DNA of 62,904 bases, filler included, from Octopus bimaculoides (GCF_001194135.2; 6 parts of 6 records of this genome joined end to end with filler, not necessarily neighbours in it), one strand, 5' to 3'. Numbered from the whole stretch's first letter, positions 1-13,678 are shown. Numbers and translations: made by a program. The notes: generated by a model from the letters alone, not told the origin.

Positions 1-45
<45 letters not shown>

Positions 46-548
46 CACTTACATATATATATATATGCATATGTATATACAAACATTCACACCCGCCGCG
101 AGCGTTTTGTTCATTTTTGTCTACGAACACACAGTAATAGGATTTATTTCATTCGTGATGCCAAACTTGACCCATGGAGTTGTAAGTTTATAAGTTCATA
201 TACATATATGTTTCTTTTTGTGAACCATATGATGTTATGGATATGTACTATGCACATATAGCTTTGTAGTAAGGGAATCCAGCATAAGTTTCTATGATTA
301 TATGCTTTTAATGCGTATTGTACATATTTATATCTAGGTGTGCTGCGTGTACTGTTCTGTGTATCTCTGAGCCTAAGTGCATTGATTCGTTCTGTTTATA
401 TAAGCTATGATATTTCTAACTAAACAAGTGTAGCTTAATAACATTATTTACATTTCTTTTTTTTCCTTATGCTCACTTTTTGGAATGCATCTCGACTGTG
501 TATTTATGTATTCATACACGTACACTATCTGACACCTATATATGTATG

Positions 549-611
<63 letters not shown>

Positions 612-3099
612 ATATATATATATATATATANNNNNNNNNNNNNNNNNNNNNNNNNNNNNNNNNNNNNNNNNNNNNNNNNNNNNNNNNNNNNNNNNNNNNN
701 NNNNNNNNNNNNNNNNNNNNNNNNNNNNNNNNNNNNNNNNNNNNNNNNNNNNNNNNNNNNNNNNNNNNNNNNNNNNNNNNNNNNNNNNNNNNNNNNNNNN
801 NNNNNNNNNNNNNNNNNNNNNNNNNNNNNNNNNNNNNNNNNNNNNNNNNNNNNNNNNNNNNNNNNNNNNNNNNNNNNNNNNNNNNNNNNNNNNNNNNNNN
901 NNNNNNNNNNNNNNNNNNNNNNNNNNNNNNNNNNNNNNNNNNNNNNNNNNNNNNNNNNNNNNNNNNNNNNNNNATATATATATATATATATATAATAATA
1001 ATAATAGTAATAATAACGTACAATAAGAAAATCCATGTCTGAATGGATTTTTACACCTCTCCACTTGACTACATCTGCTTGTTTCTGTCGAGAGTTGAAT
1101 ATTGAAACATCCGTAAGTTTTCTTAATGTGAAATAATATGGCACTACTAATTTTCTTCCACCCTAATGTCAGTACGAGCATAGGTGCCTTATAAAAATGC
1201 ACCGCCATAATTTATGTCAATATCACAAAGCGTAATTTGCACTAATTGTCATTAGTTTTTATTCTATTTTGAAAATGTTCGCACAATTTTCGCATTGATT
1301 TTTTCTTTGGATTTAATGGCTGTGAACCTAAACATTTTTATAAGCAGCGTAATATATATCAGTATCACAGATGTCAGAGAATAGATTTTTATAAAAAAAT
1401 GTTTGTATATATTAGTATTACGGATGTAAGTGAAGGCTAGTGTCTTTGAGTATGATAGATGGCAATGAATAGAAACACGCTTTTATAGCTGGGTGTTACA
1501 CAATATCACAGTCTAAAGGAAGATAATGATTATTGAATTAAATGTTTTAAAAAATCTTAATTAAAGTACTATTTACACATCTACAATCTAATAATTTCAA
1601 GACGTGAAAAGTGTCCTCTTTTCCTTTTGAGATGTGGAATATAGATAGGATTAATCATTATAAATTATCGTCGACTTTAAGCAGGTAGAAAATTATGGAT
1701 CACCATTTTGTTATGTTTTCTATTTTTCATTGTATAACAATGTATGTTTTGTATTTTTCATTGTATAACAGATCTATGCATTTCTTGAGTTGTCTGCATT
1801 TTGACTTCTAGTTCATGCTATAAGTCATTTTCTTTAAATGCGGACCAAAATAACATATGTCTTCCTATTTGCTATTGTCTAAAAGTATTTTTTATATATT
1901 GCGTTCTTAATACTTCATCTTTAGTTTGTTTTTCTATCCGTGATATTCTCAAAATCTTGTAATGACCACATTTCAAAACCTTCTTATCTAATGCATTATA
2001 TTTTGTTAATGTTTGTGCTCCCACTCCATATTATGAAGTATATCATGCGTAATATTTCAATAACCACTTTCTGGTTCGATATTATTACCTTTTGATGCAT
2101 TTTTTCACAAGACGTTTTAGATATCTGAAGCTTTCTTTTGATTTATCATTCACATTTTATTTTTTCTTGTTTGTATCCCCCTCATATTCTCGTTAGTGTC
2201 TATTCTGTTAACTTTCACCAAAGTAGAATATATCTTTCATGTGACTATTGTTTCTTGCTGACTACTGTTGATATTGTTTATGGATTTATTTCAATTTCTT
2301 TATCATGTACTGTAGTTACAAAACTCTGTGCGCCTCCGTTGAGGATTAATAAAGCAGTATTGTTTTCGTATCAAAGATTCTTGATAGCCAGATCTCCTTT
2401 TGACTGACCTGGTATTTTTGTGAAGATCTTCTTAGTGTGCAGGTTAAATAGGCTAGAGTATACAACATAGCCTTGCCTGATGTCTTTCTTGATTCTTAAT
2501 TGTGAATTTTTCTTCTTTCAGTACTTATCACTGCAAGATTCTCTCAGTACATTTTCGATATTATTTGGAGCTCTTTATAACATAGTCAGAGTTCTATACA
2601 CATTCGATCGTTGTAGCATGTTTTACTCACGTAGATGATCGTGTTGATATCTATACAGCAAACATCTTAATATACGTTTAGAGGTCTTTCAAATGTTCTT
2701 AGATTAAATATTTATTTGTAAGTTCCAATTCCTAGTCTAAGACCAATATGTAAGTAGCCTTATTTTTCATTCCCAATTCAGGTAGGCAGTAAATATGATG
2801 TTTCCGTGGAACTTAACGGATATTTCTACCAGACCAAGTAAACGTATTGAGGCTATACCGTCAGCTCGTCTTATTCCTTATGTAAACGCCCTACCGAACG
2901 GAACACACTTATATCATAACATTTGCTTATGCCTAACACCTTTAATGAATGATATCTTCAATCCGATTGATGTGTATTAGTCCATTTCGAGCACGGTCTT
3001 GCAGACCTGTAACGACAGGCTCTTCGACAATAATTATTTCGTCTATTTATTAGATACTGTGCACCCAGAGTCAAATTCTCTGTTACCTTAATTCTTTCT

Positions 3100-3305
3100 A
3101 ATCTTAAATTTTGGTACAATGCCAGCAATTTCGGGAGAGAGGTAAGTCGATTACATCGACTTATATTACCGACTCTCGAAAGGATGAAAGGATGGAAGGC
3201 AGAGTCGGAATTTGAACTCAAAACACGAAAACAAAGTTCAAAATTCCGCTGAGGTCGACTTTGCTTTTTATGAATTCGGGGTCTATAAAATAAGTACAAG
3301 TTGAA
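3100..3305. mobile_element. Two partial tRNA-SINE (family C) copies fused head-to-head
   Basis: A minus copy ends at gaatttgaactc. A plus copy starts gttcaaaattccgctgaggtcgac. Both match the copies at 32.0-32.4 kb and 47-50 kb. Confidence 0.7.
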
Positions 3306-3629
3306 ATCTTTGCCCTCCGTTCTTTAGATAAGATACTCAAGTCACGGAATGGCATAAAAAACCTGTACCATATATACACCTTAAGTATTTTGATGGTATG
3401 TTATGACTGGTTACTATTGGGTAATGTGTATCGTTTGCATTTCGATAGATTCTATGATGTTAAAGTATTATTGATAACATATACAAAAATAACAACGGTT
3501 ACATGTGCTTCCGTTATACCATAAGATGTTAGATAGACACAAACTATAAAGACGGTATCAAAGCGAATTTTACTATTTCAAATTAAGCACAATAACAATA
3601 ACAAAAACAAAATTGAGATGAAGATTAAG

Positions 3630-3630
3630 A

Positions 3631-3707
<77 letters not shown>
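3630..3707. repeat. (CTA)n microsatellite
   Basis: About 26 consecutive cta units. Confidence 0.97.
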
Positions 3708-4866
3708 AAAATTATATCTAAATAGGTGTATGATTGATTGGTGGATACCATCAAACTGTAGGTTATCCAAAATTTGTGGTGGATGTATACATTATAACTA
3801 CAAAGCAAAAGGTTTTCTTTCTTCACCTATCATGCAAATTTCTGTTCATTTCGAATACCTACGTCATTCAGTATAACACTACATACTTTATTTAGTTAAA
3901 TGCATGCTATTGACCAAATTAAGCTATATTCCTTGGATCAATTTTAGTTATTATACAAATTATAAAAGCCCCAAACTTTCCGTAGCAGATATTCTGCTTC
4001 TAAAATCATTACCGTCTAATGATGAATGTTGGCTTGTAAAGCAATTTCGTTTGTCTGAAAAGATCACAAGATCCAAACAATCTGTAGTTTAACTCGAAAG
4101 ATGAAATAATTTATGATCAAATAATTATTCCCAGCTTTTGTATGTTCTCTGTCTTATATTTGACGCTGACATGTAGTGTTAATAATGGCAATTATAGACA
4201 TATATATATATATATATATANNNNNNNNNNNNNNNNNNNNNNNNNNNNNNNNNNNNNNNNNNNNNNNNNNNNNNNNNNNNNNNNNNNNNNNNNNNNNNNN
4301 NNNNNNNNNNNNNNNNNNNNNNNNNNNNNNNNNNNNNNNNNNNNNNNNNNNNNNNNNNNNNNNNNNNNNNNNNNNNNNNNNNNNNNNNNNNNNNNNNNNN
4401 NNNNNNNNNNTATATATATATACATATATATATATATAATAGTGTATCTGTCTGTATGTTTCTATCAATCTATCTACTTAGGTAGGTAACTTTCTATCTA
4501 TCTTTCCATATGTCTCTTTCTGTGCTTTTGTGTGCCTGCGCGCGTACATGAATTAGCGTGTTGATAATGATTTCCTATAAAGGAACTAATACTTGGCTCC
4601 CTTTGTCCGTTGAGTTTAACATTGATGCTGTGAAGTTTATGAAGTTATTTTTAAAGTACCCTTTTTGATTTAGTATTAAAGTGTTCTTCAGCATTCATAC
4701 TGCATTCCTATTTGTAGTCGTAATGACATAGTGTTCTATTGTTGTCTTGTAGAGGAACACGTCTTGGTTCATAATGTGTGGTGTTACATTTTATGCTAAC
4801 GCTTTTTAGGCTCTTATGATATAGTGGGATTGCGATCAAAATCTTTTTTGGTTGTTAACAACACTA

Positions 4867-4902
<36 letters not shown>

Positions 4903-5386
4903 TATATAGAGAGAGAGACACTCATATGTATATCCAATATATATATATATANNNNNNNNNNNNNNNNNNNNNNNNNNNNNNNNNNNNNNNNNNNNNNNNN
5001 NNNNNNNNNNNNNNTTATTTTTACTCTATGTAGCTTAAAAGAATAGGATGTTTTGTAAGTTTTTAATATTTTTAATTAGTTGTCAAACCTTTAAAATTTA
5101 TATTTTATTTTATTTAATGCCTGACTCTAAAAGAATCCTTATTATTCCATTATTTCAGGGCTTGTATTGGTAGTGTTATAGTTATTCTATAGTTTGACTT
5201 AAATAAATCTAATCCTTGTTCCATTAATATTCTACACTTAGCCTATATTAGTTTTAAAACAAGTTCTTGACTATGTAAGATAGTGTAATGAAACTAGTAC
5301 ATAATTATCATGTTCTCTATTAATTGTCTTGGACTGTTATTGAATTGTTTGTTAATTCCTACCATTCTTTTTATTAGTTCCTTAAA

Positions 5387-5890
5387 CCTTGATAAACTCA
5401 TTATTATAAACTATGTAAATCCTATTTTAATTCTTTACATTATAAAATAAATTATATCCCTTATGTGTTCTTTAAATGATATTACATATATAAGTTTTTA
5501 ATTTTTACCATTATAATTCTATGTTAGTTCCAATCATTCACTTTACTAGTTTCTAAAACCTTGATGAGTCCATCGTTATAAAAAGCTTTATAAACTATGT
5601 AAATCTTTATGTATCAATTCTTTACATCAGTTATAAAATAAATTCATATCTTATGTGTCCATTAAATATAGTATTAGATATATAATTTCCACCATTAATT
5701 TTAATCATTCATCTTATTAGTTTTCGTTAACATTAATGAGTCCAAAATTATAAACCATTTATAAACCATTATAAACCATGTATATCCTATGTATCGATTC
5801 TTTTATAGTAGTTATAAAATAAATTTTATCGCTTGTGTCTTTCAAATAATATTAGATATATTAGCTTAAATTAAAATTTTAAAATAATTT
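5387..5890. repeat. Degenerate ~170-bp AT-rich tandem repeat, 3 units
   Basis: Variants of ataaactatgtaaatc...ttataaaataaatt...ttatgtgt...attagatata recur in units starting near 5387, 5559 and 5730. Confidence 0.75.
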
Positions 5891-6622
5891 AAATAGTTTT
5901 TGTTAGTCCAATGTATATAAAATTTTTAAACTTCATACCTTATCTATAGCTTTTAAATTCAAAATTGACACTACTTCAGGGTTTTGTATGAACTAATTAC
6001 ATCTCTATTATTAACATGATAATTAAGCTAATATTGATATCTATAAGTTTCCATACTTAGTTTATGTAAAACAATACTGATACATTATTCAGACGAAACA
6101 AAAAGCCCTGTTGACCTAGATGCTTAATGTTAAATTTTCCCTACTACATTATGAATCGGTCTCTATAGTAGTAAAAAAACCGCAACCTAAAATTGTGTTG
6201 CCACTATGACCAGAGGAATCTTTATAACCATATCCATGTATAATGTTTACCTATTCCCTTTCCTTATAAGAGAAAGGCTGGTTGCCTCCTTAAGCTTTAA
6301 ATCACTAGATAAAAAAACAAATAACATCAGGGCCAGTTAAAATTCTGCCTAAAATTAATCACTAGCCTGCTAGCTTTGGCTATGTCAAGATGTTTGTTTT
6401 TGTATTCTTCTTTCCCACTTAAATTTTTTAAATGTTGTAACTACAGTAATATGTCCATTCTGCTGAAATGAAATTTCAGTAACTTTTCTGTATCCTTGTG
6501 CAGCTGAAGATTGCTCTGCATTTAACATTTAATGTAATGCTCGCATTACTTAAATAAATGGAGTTGCATGAAACGTGCGTACTGCAATAACATTGAAAAT
6601 CCGTGTTGCCTTTTTTGATTTG

Positions 6623-6688
<66 letters not shown>

Positions 6689-7211
6689 ATTTATATATAT
6701 ATATATATATCATCATAACCACTATTTATATATACACATTGCTCCGCATGAAACTACTTGCCTGATGTGCTGCGTAGTCGGATCGAGCATGGAAGCACAT
6801 GATTGCATAGCGATCACATATCCATGCATACGTGTTTACAATTGAATTAATTAACATGACTCTCAGAAAATATCTGTTTGAGGCGCAGATGTTTTGGTTA
6901 TTAATTTTCAGCTAGCAATCTGCAGCCAGTGTTAAATTTAGCTCAATTATATAGTAATTTGATATAATTATACACAATTGTATTTGTTTGTATAAACAGA
7001 GTGACGGGGCGAACGCTGCAAAGATGTTTATGCAGCTAACTGTAGACATTTGTATTATATTGTTTCTTTGCTATATTTTTCCAAGTTGTCGGAGCTTTGT
7101 AATTTAGCTCGTCTAATTTAGCTTGTCTAATTTCAGATCGGCCTTGACAGAAGTGACTTATGACCGATGTCATCGCCTCTAGTGTTTCACTGACAACATT
7201 ATTCTATATCG

Positions 7212-7597
7212 TCTATCATTTATCTTTTACTTGTTTTATTCATTAGACTGTGGCCATGTCGGGGCACCTTATTCAGGAATTTTTAGTTGCATGTATCGAC
7301 TCCATTACTTATTTTTTTAAAGCCCGATACTTATTCTACCGGTTTCTTTTGACAAACCGCTATGTTACGGGGACAGAAAGACACCAGCACCGGTTCCGGT
7401 TCTCAGGCGGTGGTGGGGTAGGATGAACACAATGACACACAAACACAAACACACACATACACACACATGACTGTCTTCCAGTTTCCTTCTACCAAATGAC
7501 TAGTATGGGTCTGGTTGGCCCGAAGCTATAGTGGAACTCAATCACAAACCATGTGAATAAGAAATAAGCTTCTTAGTACACAGCTACGTCTGCGCCT
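7212..7597 (-). mobile_element. Old degenerate tRNA-SINE family B copy
   Basis: Same block order as younger copies (gactgtggccatg...gttacggggac...internal CA repeat...ctaccaaat...accatgtg...tgcgcc). Confidence 0.75.
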
Positions 7598-9900
7598 ATG
7601 CAACATGCATATTTTCTTTATCGAAATGTTCTTTAAAAGGGAGATGTGGCGGGGGTTCTTTATTCATTGCTTGTTGTCAAAGACGTAGATGGTCCTTTTG
7701 AATTGACCTAACAATTAATAGTAATAGTCTGGAGTTAATATAATCTATAATGTACCTGACAGAAACAGCAGTCTCGCCATTTATATATCGAGCTATTTTC
7801 GTCCCGATAAACAATGTTCTGAGAGCATTAAAATCTGATAATAGCGATAATAATGACTGCAAACTTATACTGCTAAAGAACACAGGCAACAGAGAACACG
7901 GCACTAACATGGACAACATGTGATCACACCAGAGGCACAAGTAGTGCTCATACTGGGTGTGACAGGAACAGCTCTCGTATTTGTGTGACTCTAGTGAAGC
8001 TTGGTAAGTTCATATGGTTAATGTTTTGCTGTCATTTCTCAGTTACCAGCTTGGATTTGAACTGACGCATACCACGAGTTAGATATTGAAAAGTTTAGTA
8101 AGAATCGTGATTCTGGGAGGTATTTACGTCGCACCCTGTAGTCGTGTGCATGCGATGAATGTAGTAAATGCCAGTGGTAGCACAATCCTTAGTAAGAAGA
8201 ACATTTAGATTATTCTTAAACAAAGCAACAGACAAAAGAAGTATTTTCTAGCATAAATAAGTATTTTCTCGTAACGTATAATCTATTATAATTACTATAT
8301 ATGTAGAAATTACACTTCAAACCCATGAAGTAAAGAAGTGATGTTTTTTTGTTTTCAATTTACCTTCATTTATGCAATAGGAAAAGAGAATGAATATTCT
8401 AACTCTCAAGGACTTCAGGAATCATATTGTCAGTTTTCGCATCAGGGCTCTACCCAACAAGTTCTTGATATCATTATCCCATCTTCGTTCTTGTCATTGG
8501 TGAATCTGTTTTCCCTGCTCACAGCCCCCGGAGATGCAGGAAGAATTTCTGAGCTCTGATAAAATGATCAAAATAATGCATCATTTCCTGTTTGATCATC
8601 AGTATCAGATTTCAGTCCTCATCCACCTCTATCAGGACGGTATCGTTTACAGGTAGGCCGATTGAAACTTTCTACACGAAATGTAGCAGAACATTATGAA
8701 TATCTCCAGTCACTTAGTGTCAGCCAGCATATTTATACACATGCAACCGGCTTCAGAATACAACAGTGTTGATCAGACCAGCTTTTGCTGAGGGCGTACA
8801 TATCATTATTTCGTTTTGATCTGGTAGTTGGTGATTCGCACAAACACATTTCTTATCTTGCAAACCAATGAACAAAGTTATTTCAGTCATGCGCATTCCG
8901 TCATTTTCCAAGGCTAAGAACACCAACGGCCACATTAACTAACCTGCTACTTTTTCAACATGGCTGGATGTGCCTCAATAAAAATTTGGCTGTAATTTCT
9001 AGTATGTCGAGTGGAGACCCTTCATTTGTTTTTTTTTTCGCTACTGTCCTACAAATCCAATGGCTTAATTTACGAACTAGCATCGATAACATCACAATGT
9101 AGAAGTAGTTCCGCTGGCGGCTGAAATCTACAAACAGGTTTTCATGACAATTCGAGATAACATCGCAAAAATGCAGACGCTACTGTTTTCAAATTTTACG
9201 TATCACATGTTAAATAGAGACACGACATTTAAATTTATGGCCGCCTTAACTCTGTTTGTGTGTGTGTGTGCATATATAAATATACATAATGCGTATATAG
9301 NNNNNNNNNNNNNNNNNNNNNNNNNNNNNNNNNNNNNNNNNNNNNNNNNNNNNNNNNNNNNNNNNNNNNNNNNNNNNNNNNNNNNNNNNNNNNNNNNNNN
9401 NNNNNNNNNNNNNNNNNNNNNNNNNNNNNNNNNNNNNNNNNNNNNNNNNNNNNNNNNNNNNNNNNNNNNNNNNNNNNNNNNNNNNNNNNNNNNNNNNNNN
9501 NNNNNNNNNNNNNNNNNNNNNNNNNNNNNNNNNNNNNNNNNNNNNNNNNNNNNNNNNNNNNNNNNNNNNNNNNNNNNNNNNNNNNNNNNNNNNNNNNNNN
9601 NNNNNNNNNNNNNNNNNNNNNNNNNNNNNNNNNNNNNNNNNNNNNNNNNNNNNNNNNNNNNNNNNNNNNNNNNNNNNNNNNNNTGTAATAGGTAAAATTT
9701 CAAAACAACAGCGACTGTATTTTTACGATGTTGTCTCGATTGGTAGTGAAAATCTGGTAGTAGATTTCAGTCGCCTGCAGAATTACTATTGTGATGTTAT
9801 CGATGCAAGTTCCGTAAATAGATATTTTTTCAGCTACTTACCTCTATGCGAGATGGTTATACTATATCCATATAAACGTATAAATATTTGTGTATATGTA

Positions 9901-11003
9901 TCTACTACATATATGGAAAATCGATGTGTGTTTGTTTGTGGCGTTGTTAGATAATTCTTTCTACATTGTTTTATTGATTTTAATGAAACTTGACACGTGA
10001 GTAGAACTCATGCCTTGAAACCTCGAGACATACTTAGATTGATGAAAAAATTCGATAATACGGCCCCTGGAAGGGACCTTTATATCTACCTCATATAATT
10101 AATTTTTTTAAACACTCAAGGGAAATAACCCATAACATATGTACAATATTTTTTAAACACTCAAGAGAAATAACCTATTTCATTGTTTATGTTCGATTAC
10201 TTTGAATATTGATTTTTTTTGTGTGTCCTATTTCTAATTTTTGCAGACAATGTCACTTTTATACTTTATTTGACACGTGAGTAGAACTCATGTCTGGAAA
10301 CCTCGTGACATACTTAGATTGTTGAAAAAAAATTAATAATTGGGCCCTTCCAATGGATCCTTCTATCTATTGCATATTACTAATATTTTATTTAAACAAC
10401 CCAAGGGAAATAGCCCATACCACCTGCAGATTTTAGCGAAGCGATCAATATTTGAACCTTAAACATGAAAGACTTCATTCATACATTTCTATACATACAT
10501 ACTTTTTTGAATTCCCATTACTCCGATAATTCTGCATTTTTACAGTTACACTTTTATCATGAGAGGAGATAAATTTTTAATTCCATAACGTATTTGTGGT
10601 GGCTTCATGCAGGAATAGCGTGGATTCGATCCGCGATTGCCAAATTTCACTTAACAGTTCAACAGTGCTTTTCTCACGGTAAAACAATAATTTTTCTGTG
10701 AATGACAGCAGTTATACATTTCCCAGATGTCTTCGCTAAGTAGAATAATGTCTTTGCCTTTCGCCAACCTCCGACAGCCTCTCTCACCAACCTCCGACAA
10801 TCTTTCTCGTCAACATCCGAAAACCTCTCTCGCCAACTTCCAACAATCTCTTCCTCCTCCAGCTGACAGTTTTTTTGTACTTTTTCGTGACGGAAAATAC
10901 TCCTTTGGTGGCAGTTATAACGAAATTGCTTTCTTATATTAGAGTAATAAGGCATTTCAATAGAACATCTTTATCCCCGGGAATTACCGGGTCCACCAGC
11001 TAG
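9901..11003 (+). mobile_element. Non-autonomous Helitron
   Basis: 5' TC start (a|tctactacatatatgg). 3' hairpin cccgg-gaatta-ccggg followed by ...cagCTAG|t. Inserted in an AT dinucleotide with no TSD. Confidence 0.8.
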
Positions 11004-12779
11004 TATATGCATATATGCGCATAACCTATTAACCTATTATCCCTTATAAATTGTTATTTTTCTTGTTTGTAAATAAATGTTTTTCAGTTAATTAACTCTT
11101 TTCATTTACTTAACTCTACTTAACGGTTATACTAAATGCATATATGTGTGCACATATATAAATATGTGTGTGTATCTGTACAGATCTTTATTTTTTCTGA
11201 TTCATGGACTTATAATTAATATATAGATAGCATGTGTATATTTCCAGTAGTCCATAAGTAAATGACCTGAGCAGTCTTTGTAGAAACCACCTAATAAGTA
11301 ATTAATTAAGTACATGGATGAACATTAAACTGATTCTATGTAATCTTTCCTTTTTAATGTTTATAATTGATATATATACACGTTTTACCTATTTTGGTTA
11401 TGATATAATTTTTGAAGATCTCAAATTTTATTTGAGTACAACATAACAATATTGTTTGTAGCAGTCACCCATAGTGCCACAAGAAAAAATTTCCTCTGTA
11501 TTAACATCTTAGGTTATATCAGCGTCATAATTTAGTCTTTCCCTACCTAGCCTCCTTTTATAAACAGTTATTCTATATCGAATTGACTACTACTAACGTC
11601 TTCTTTCCTCCCCGAGGAAAAGGGATACATATGACAATATTTATAATCATACCTAGCCGTGAGCTTTCAACCCACTCTCGCCTTTTATTCTAAACAGACA
11701 CAATCCTATAGTCTTAGATTTAGTTGGTGATAAAGAGATACAAGCTATGACCCCAATAGGCTTCATGCAATTCTTGGAAGTGTAGTCTATTCTTAGCTAC
11801 AATAGCGACAATATGAATTTCTTCCATCTTCTTGCTTTGTTAAAGTATTTGAGAAAAATTATATTAATGTGTCCAACTGGTTAAAATACTATCTATTTGT
11901 TTGTGCAGCTGATGATATACTGAATTCAAATTGATGTAATGATAGCATTGTTCAATTAAACGGAGCCACTTGAAACTGTCGCAGTGCATCACTACNNNNN
12001 NNNNNNNNNNNNNNNNNNNNNNNNNNNNNNNNNNNNNNNNNNNNNNNNNNNNNNNNNNNNNNNNNNNNNNNNNNNNNNNNNNNNNNNNNNNNNNNNNNNN
12101 NNNNNNNNNNNNNNNNNNNNNNNNNNNNNNNNNNNNNNNNNNNNNNNNNNNNNNNNATATATATGATGCACAAACGTATTTTATATACGCACACACTAAA
12201 ACACACATACAGCCAAGCACATACATTTAATTAATGTCAGATGGTCTCAGATGAGAAAAGTAATACATGACACAAATATGTTCTCAAGGAAGGTATATTC
12301 GATGTAATAGAACTCTATTGGATTTCTCTTCAAAACTCATCTTTTCATTTAAGAAGTGAAATTGCTTCCCTCTACTTTTATAGAAGTTCAGAATCTAGTT
12401 CACTATGCTACATTAAAAGTATATTTCATTTCTTGTGTAAATGAGACATATCTAATTCAAGATTTTGAATAAAAATAAATTAATAAAGATAAATGATAAA
12501 TCATTAAGGGAAAGTAAAAACAAATTTATTTCATTTGAATATATTATAGAAACAAATATTTAATTCGAACTATGAAATATAAATAACCCTAGACTAAAAT
12601 CATTGTCTATATACTTATGTTCAAAAGCTTAGCAGCTGCAGTTTTCTGTGCAGGTAAGAAATGGCTTTATAGACGCATTGTGTTAAAACGTACAATATAT
12701 TTTACAGCTAAGCAAAACGTAATCGCTCACTTTGTATGTATATGTTGTACTCAATGGCATTGGAAAATGTTCGGTACAA

Positions 12780-13560
12780 GTTGAGTTCTTGTTGAGGGCG
12801 CTATGAGGCACGCACAAAATCAATCATCTAGCCCACTCCGGCCCCTCTCTGAGAAAACACTTAGCAAAGAAATGAACAAGGGACAGCAATGAATGCACAC
12901 TAGCTAACTGACCCATCCGTGGCACAGATTCATGTCAACGGGTATATGCTGTGTATAGAATACAATGTAACAAATGCAACAAGTTCTATGTGGGTAGCAC
13001 AAAACCGTGCACATTCGCATCAAAGAACATCTAAATATGCGAGCCTCCTCCTTCAGAAAACATCTAGACAGATATTGAAACACCGACAAAAGCAGAACAG
13101 TCACGATTGAGACCAATAACAAAAGTTTGGGAAATCTAAAATTAAGAAAGGTATCTTCATAGACAGACTAGGACCTCAAATTAACAACAGGCTGGAAATT
13201 AACAATCAGTATATTATTTAGTTAGTCCTGGATACGTGTAAGTTCAGTTCTGGTAACATGCTCATATATTATACAAAAAATAAATAAATAAACTGCAGGT
13301 ATAATACATAACTTAGAAGCAACGCTGCGGATATGTCAATACACATGAGCTTGAGACATGACCGTCCTCACGCACTTCTCATGAGGAATTCCGGAAGGGG
13401 ATTCGGGAGACCACTGCAAAGACGCTTCCGAAAAAAAAACAAAAAAACAAGACAGTTCAGTAACCGTTGAAAAATCGATTACAACAGTGACTCGATCAAT
13501 TCTTAGCAATATCTGAAGAAGGAATTTTTATATTCCGACATATATCATATCAGACTATCA
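12780..13560 (+). mobile_element. Penelope-like element relic: GIY-YIG endonuclease end plus 3' terminal repeat
   Basis: VYRIQCNKCNKFYVGST, then a frameshift, then HIRIKEHLNMRASSF and later GIFIDRLGPQIN. The 3' segment matches the minus copy at 44590-44757. Confidence 0.8.
13513..13540 (+). ncRNA. Degenerate minimal hammerhead ribozyme motif (PLE-associated)
   Basis: CTGAAGA-A-GGAAT-ttttat-ATTCC-GACA. The GAAA box is mutated to GACA. Confidence 0.5.
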
Positions 13561-13635
13561 ATAATTGTTGTGCCATTCAAAACACGTTGTATTTCACAAA
13601 GAATACACAATATTTCCAGCAAACTCCAATACTCT

Positions 13636-13678
<43 letters not shown>

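Noticed and set aside
469-1208. Long ORFs spanning N runs and (TA)n/(CA)n/(TCTA)n tracts, here and throughout
   Set aside because: Artefacts of gaps and stop-free microsatellite frames ([12 protein letters not shown]).
6066-6100. ctgatac...gacgaaac hammerhead-like fragment
   Set aside because: The core CUGANGA is broken and there is no stem II.
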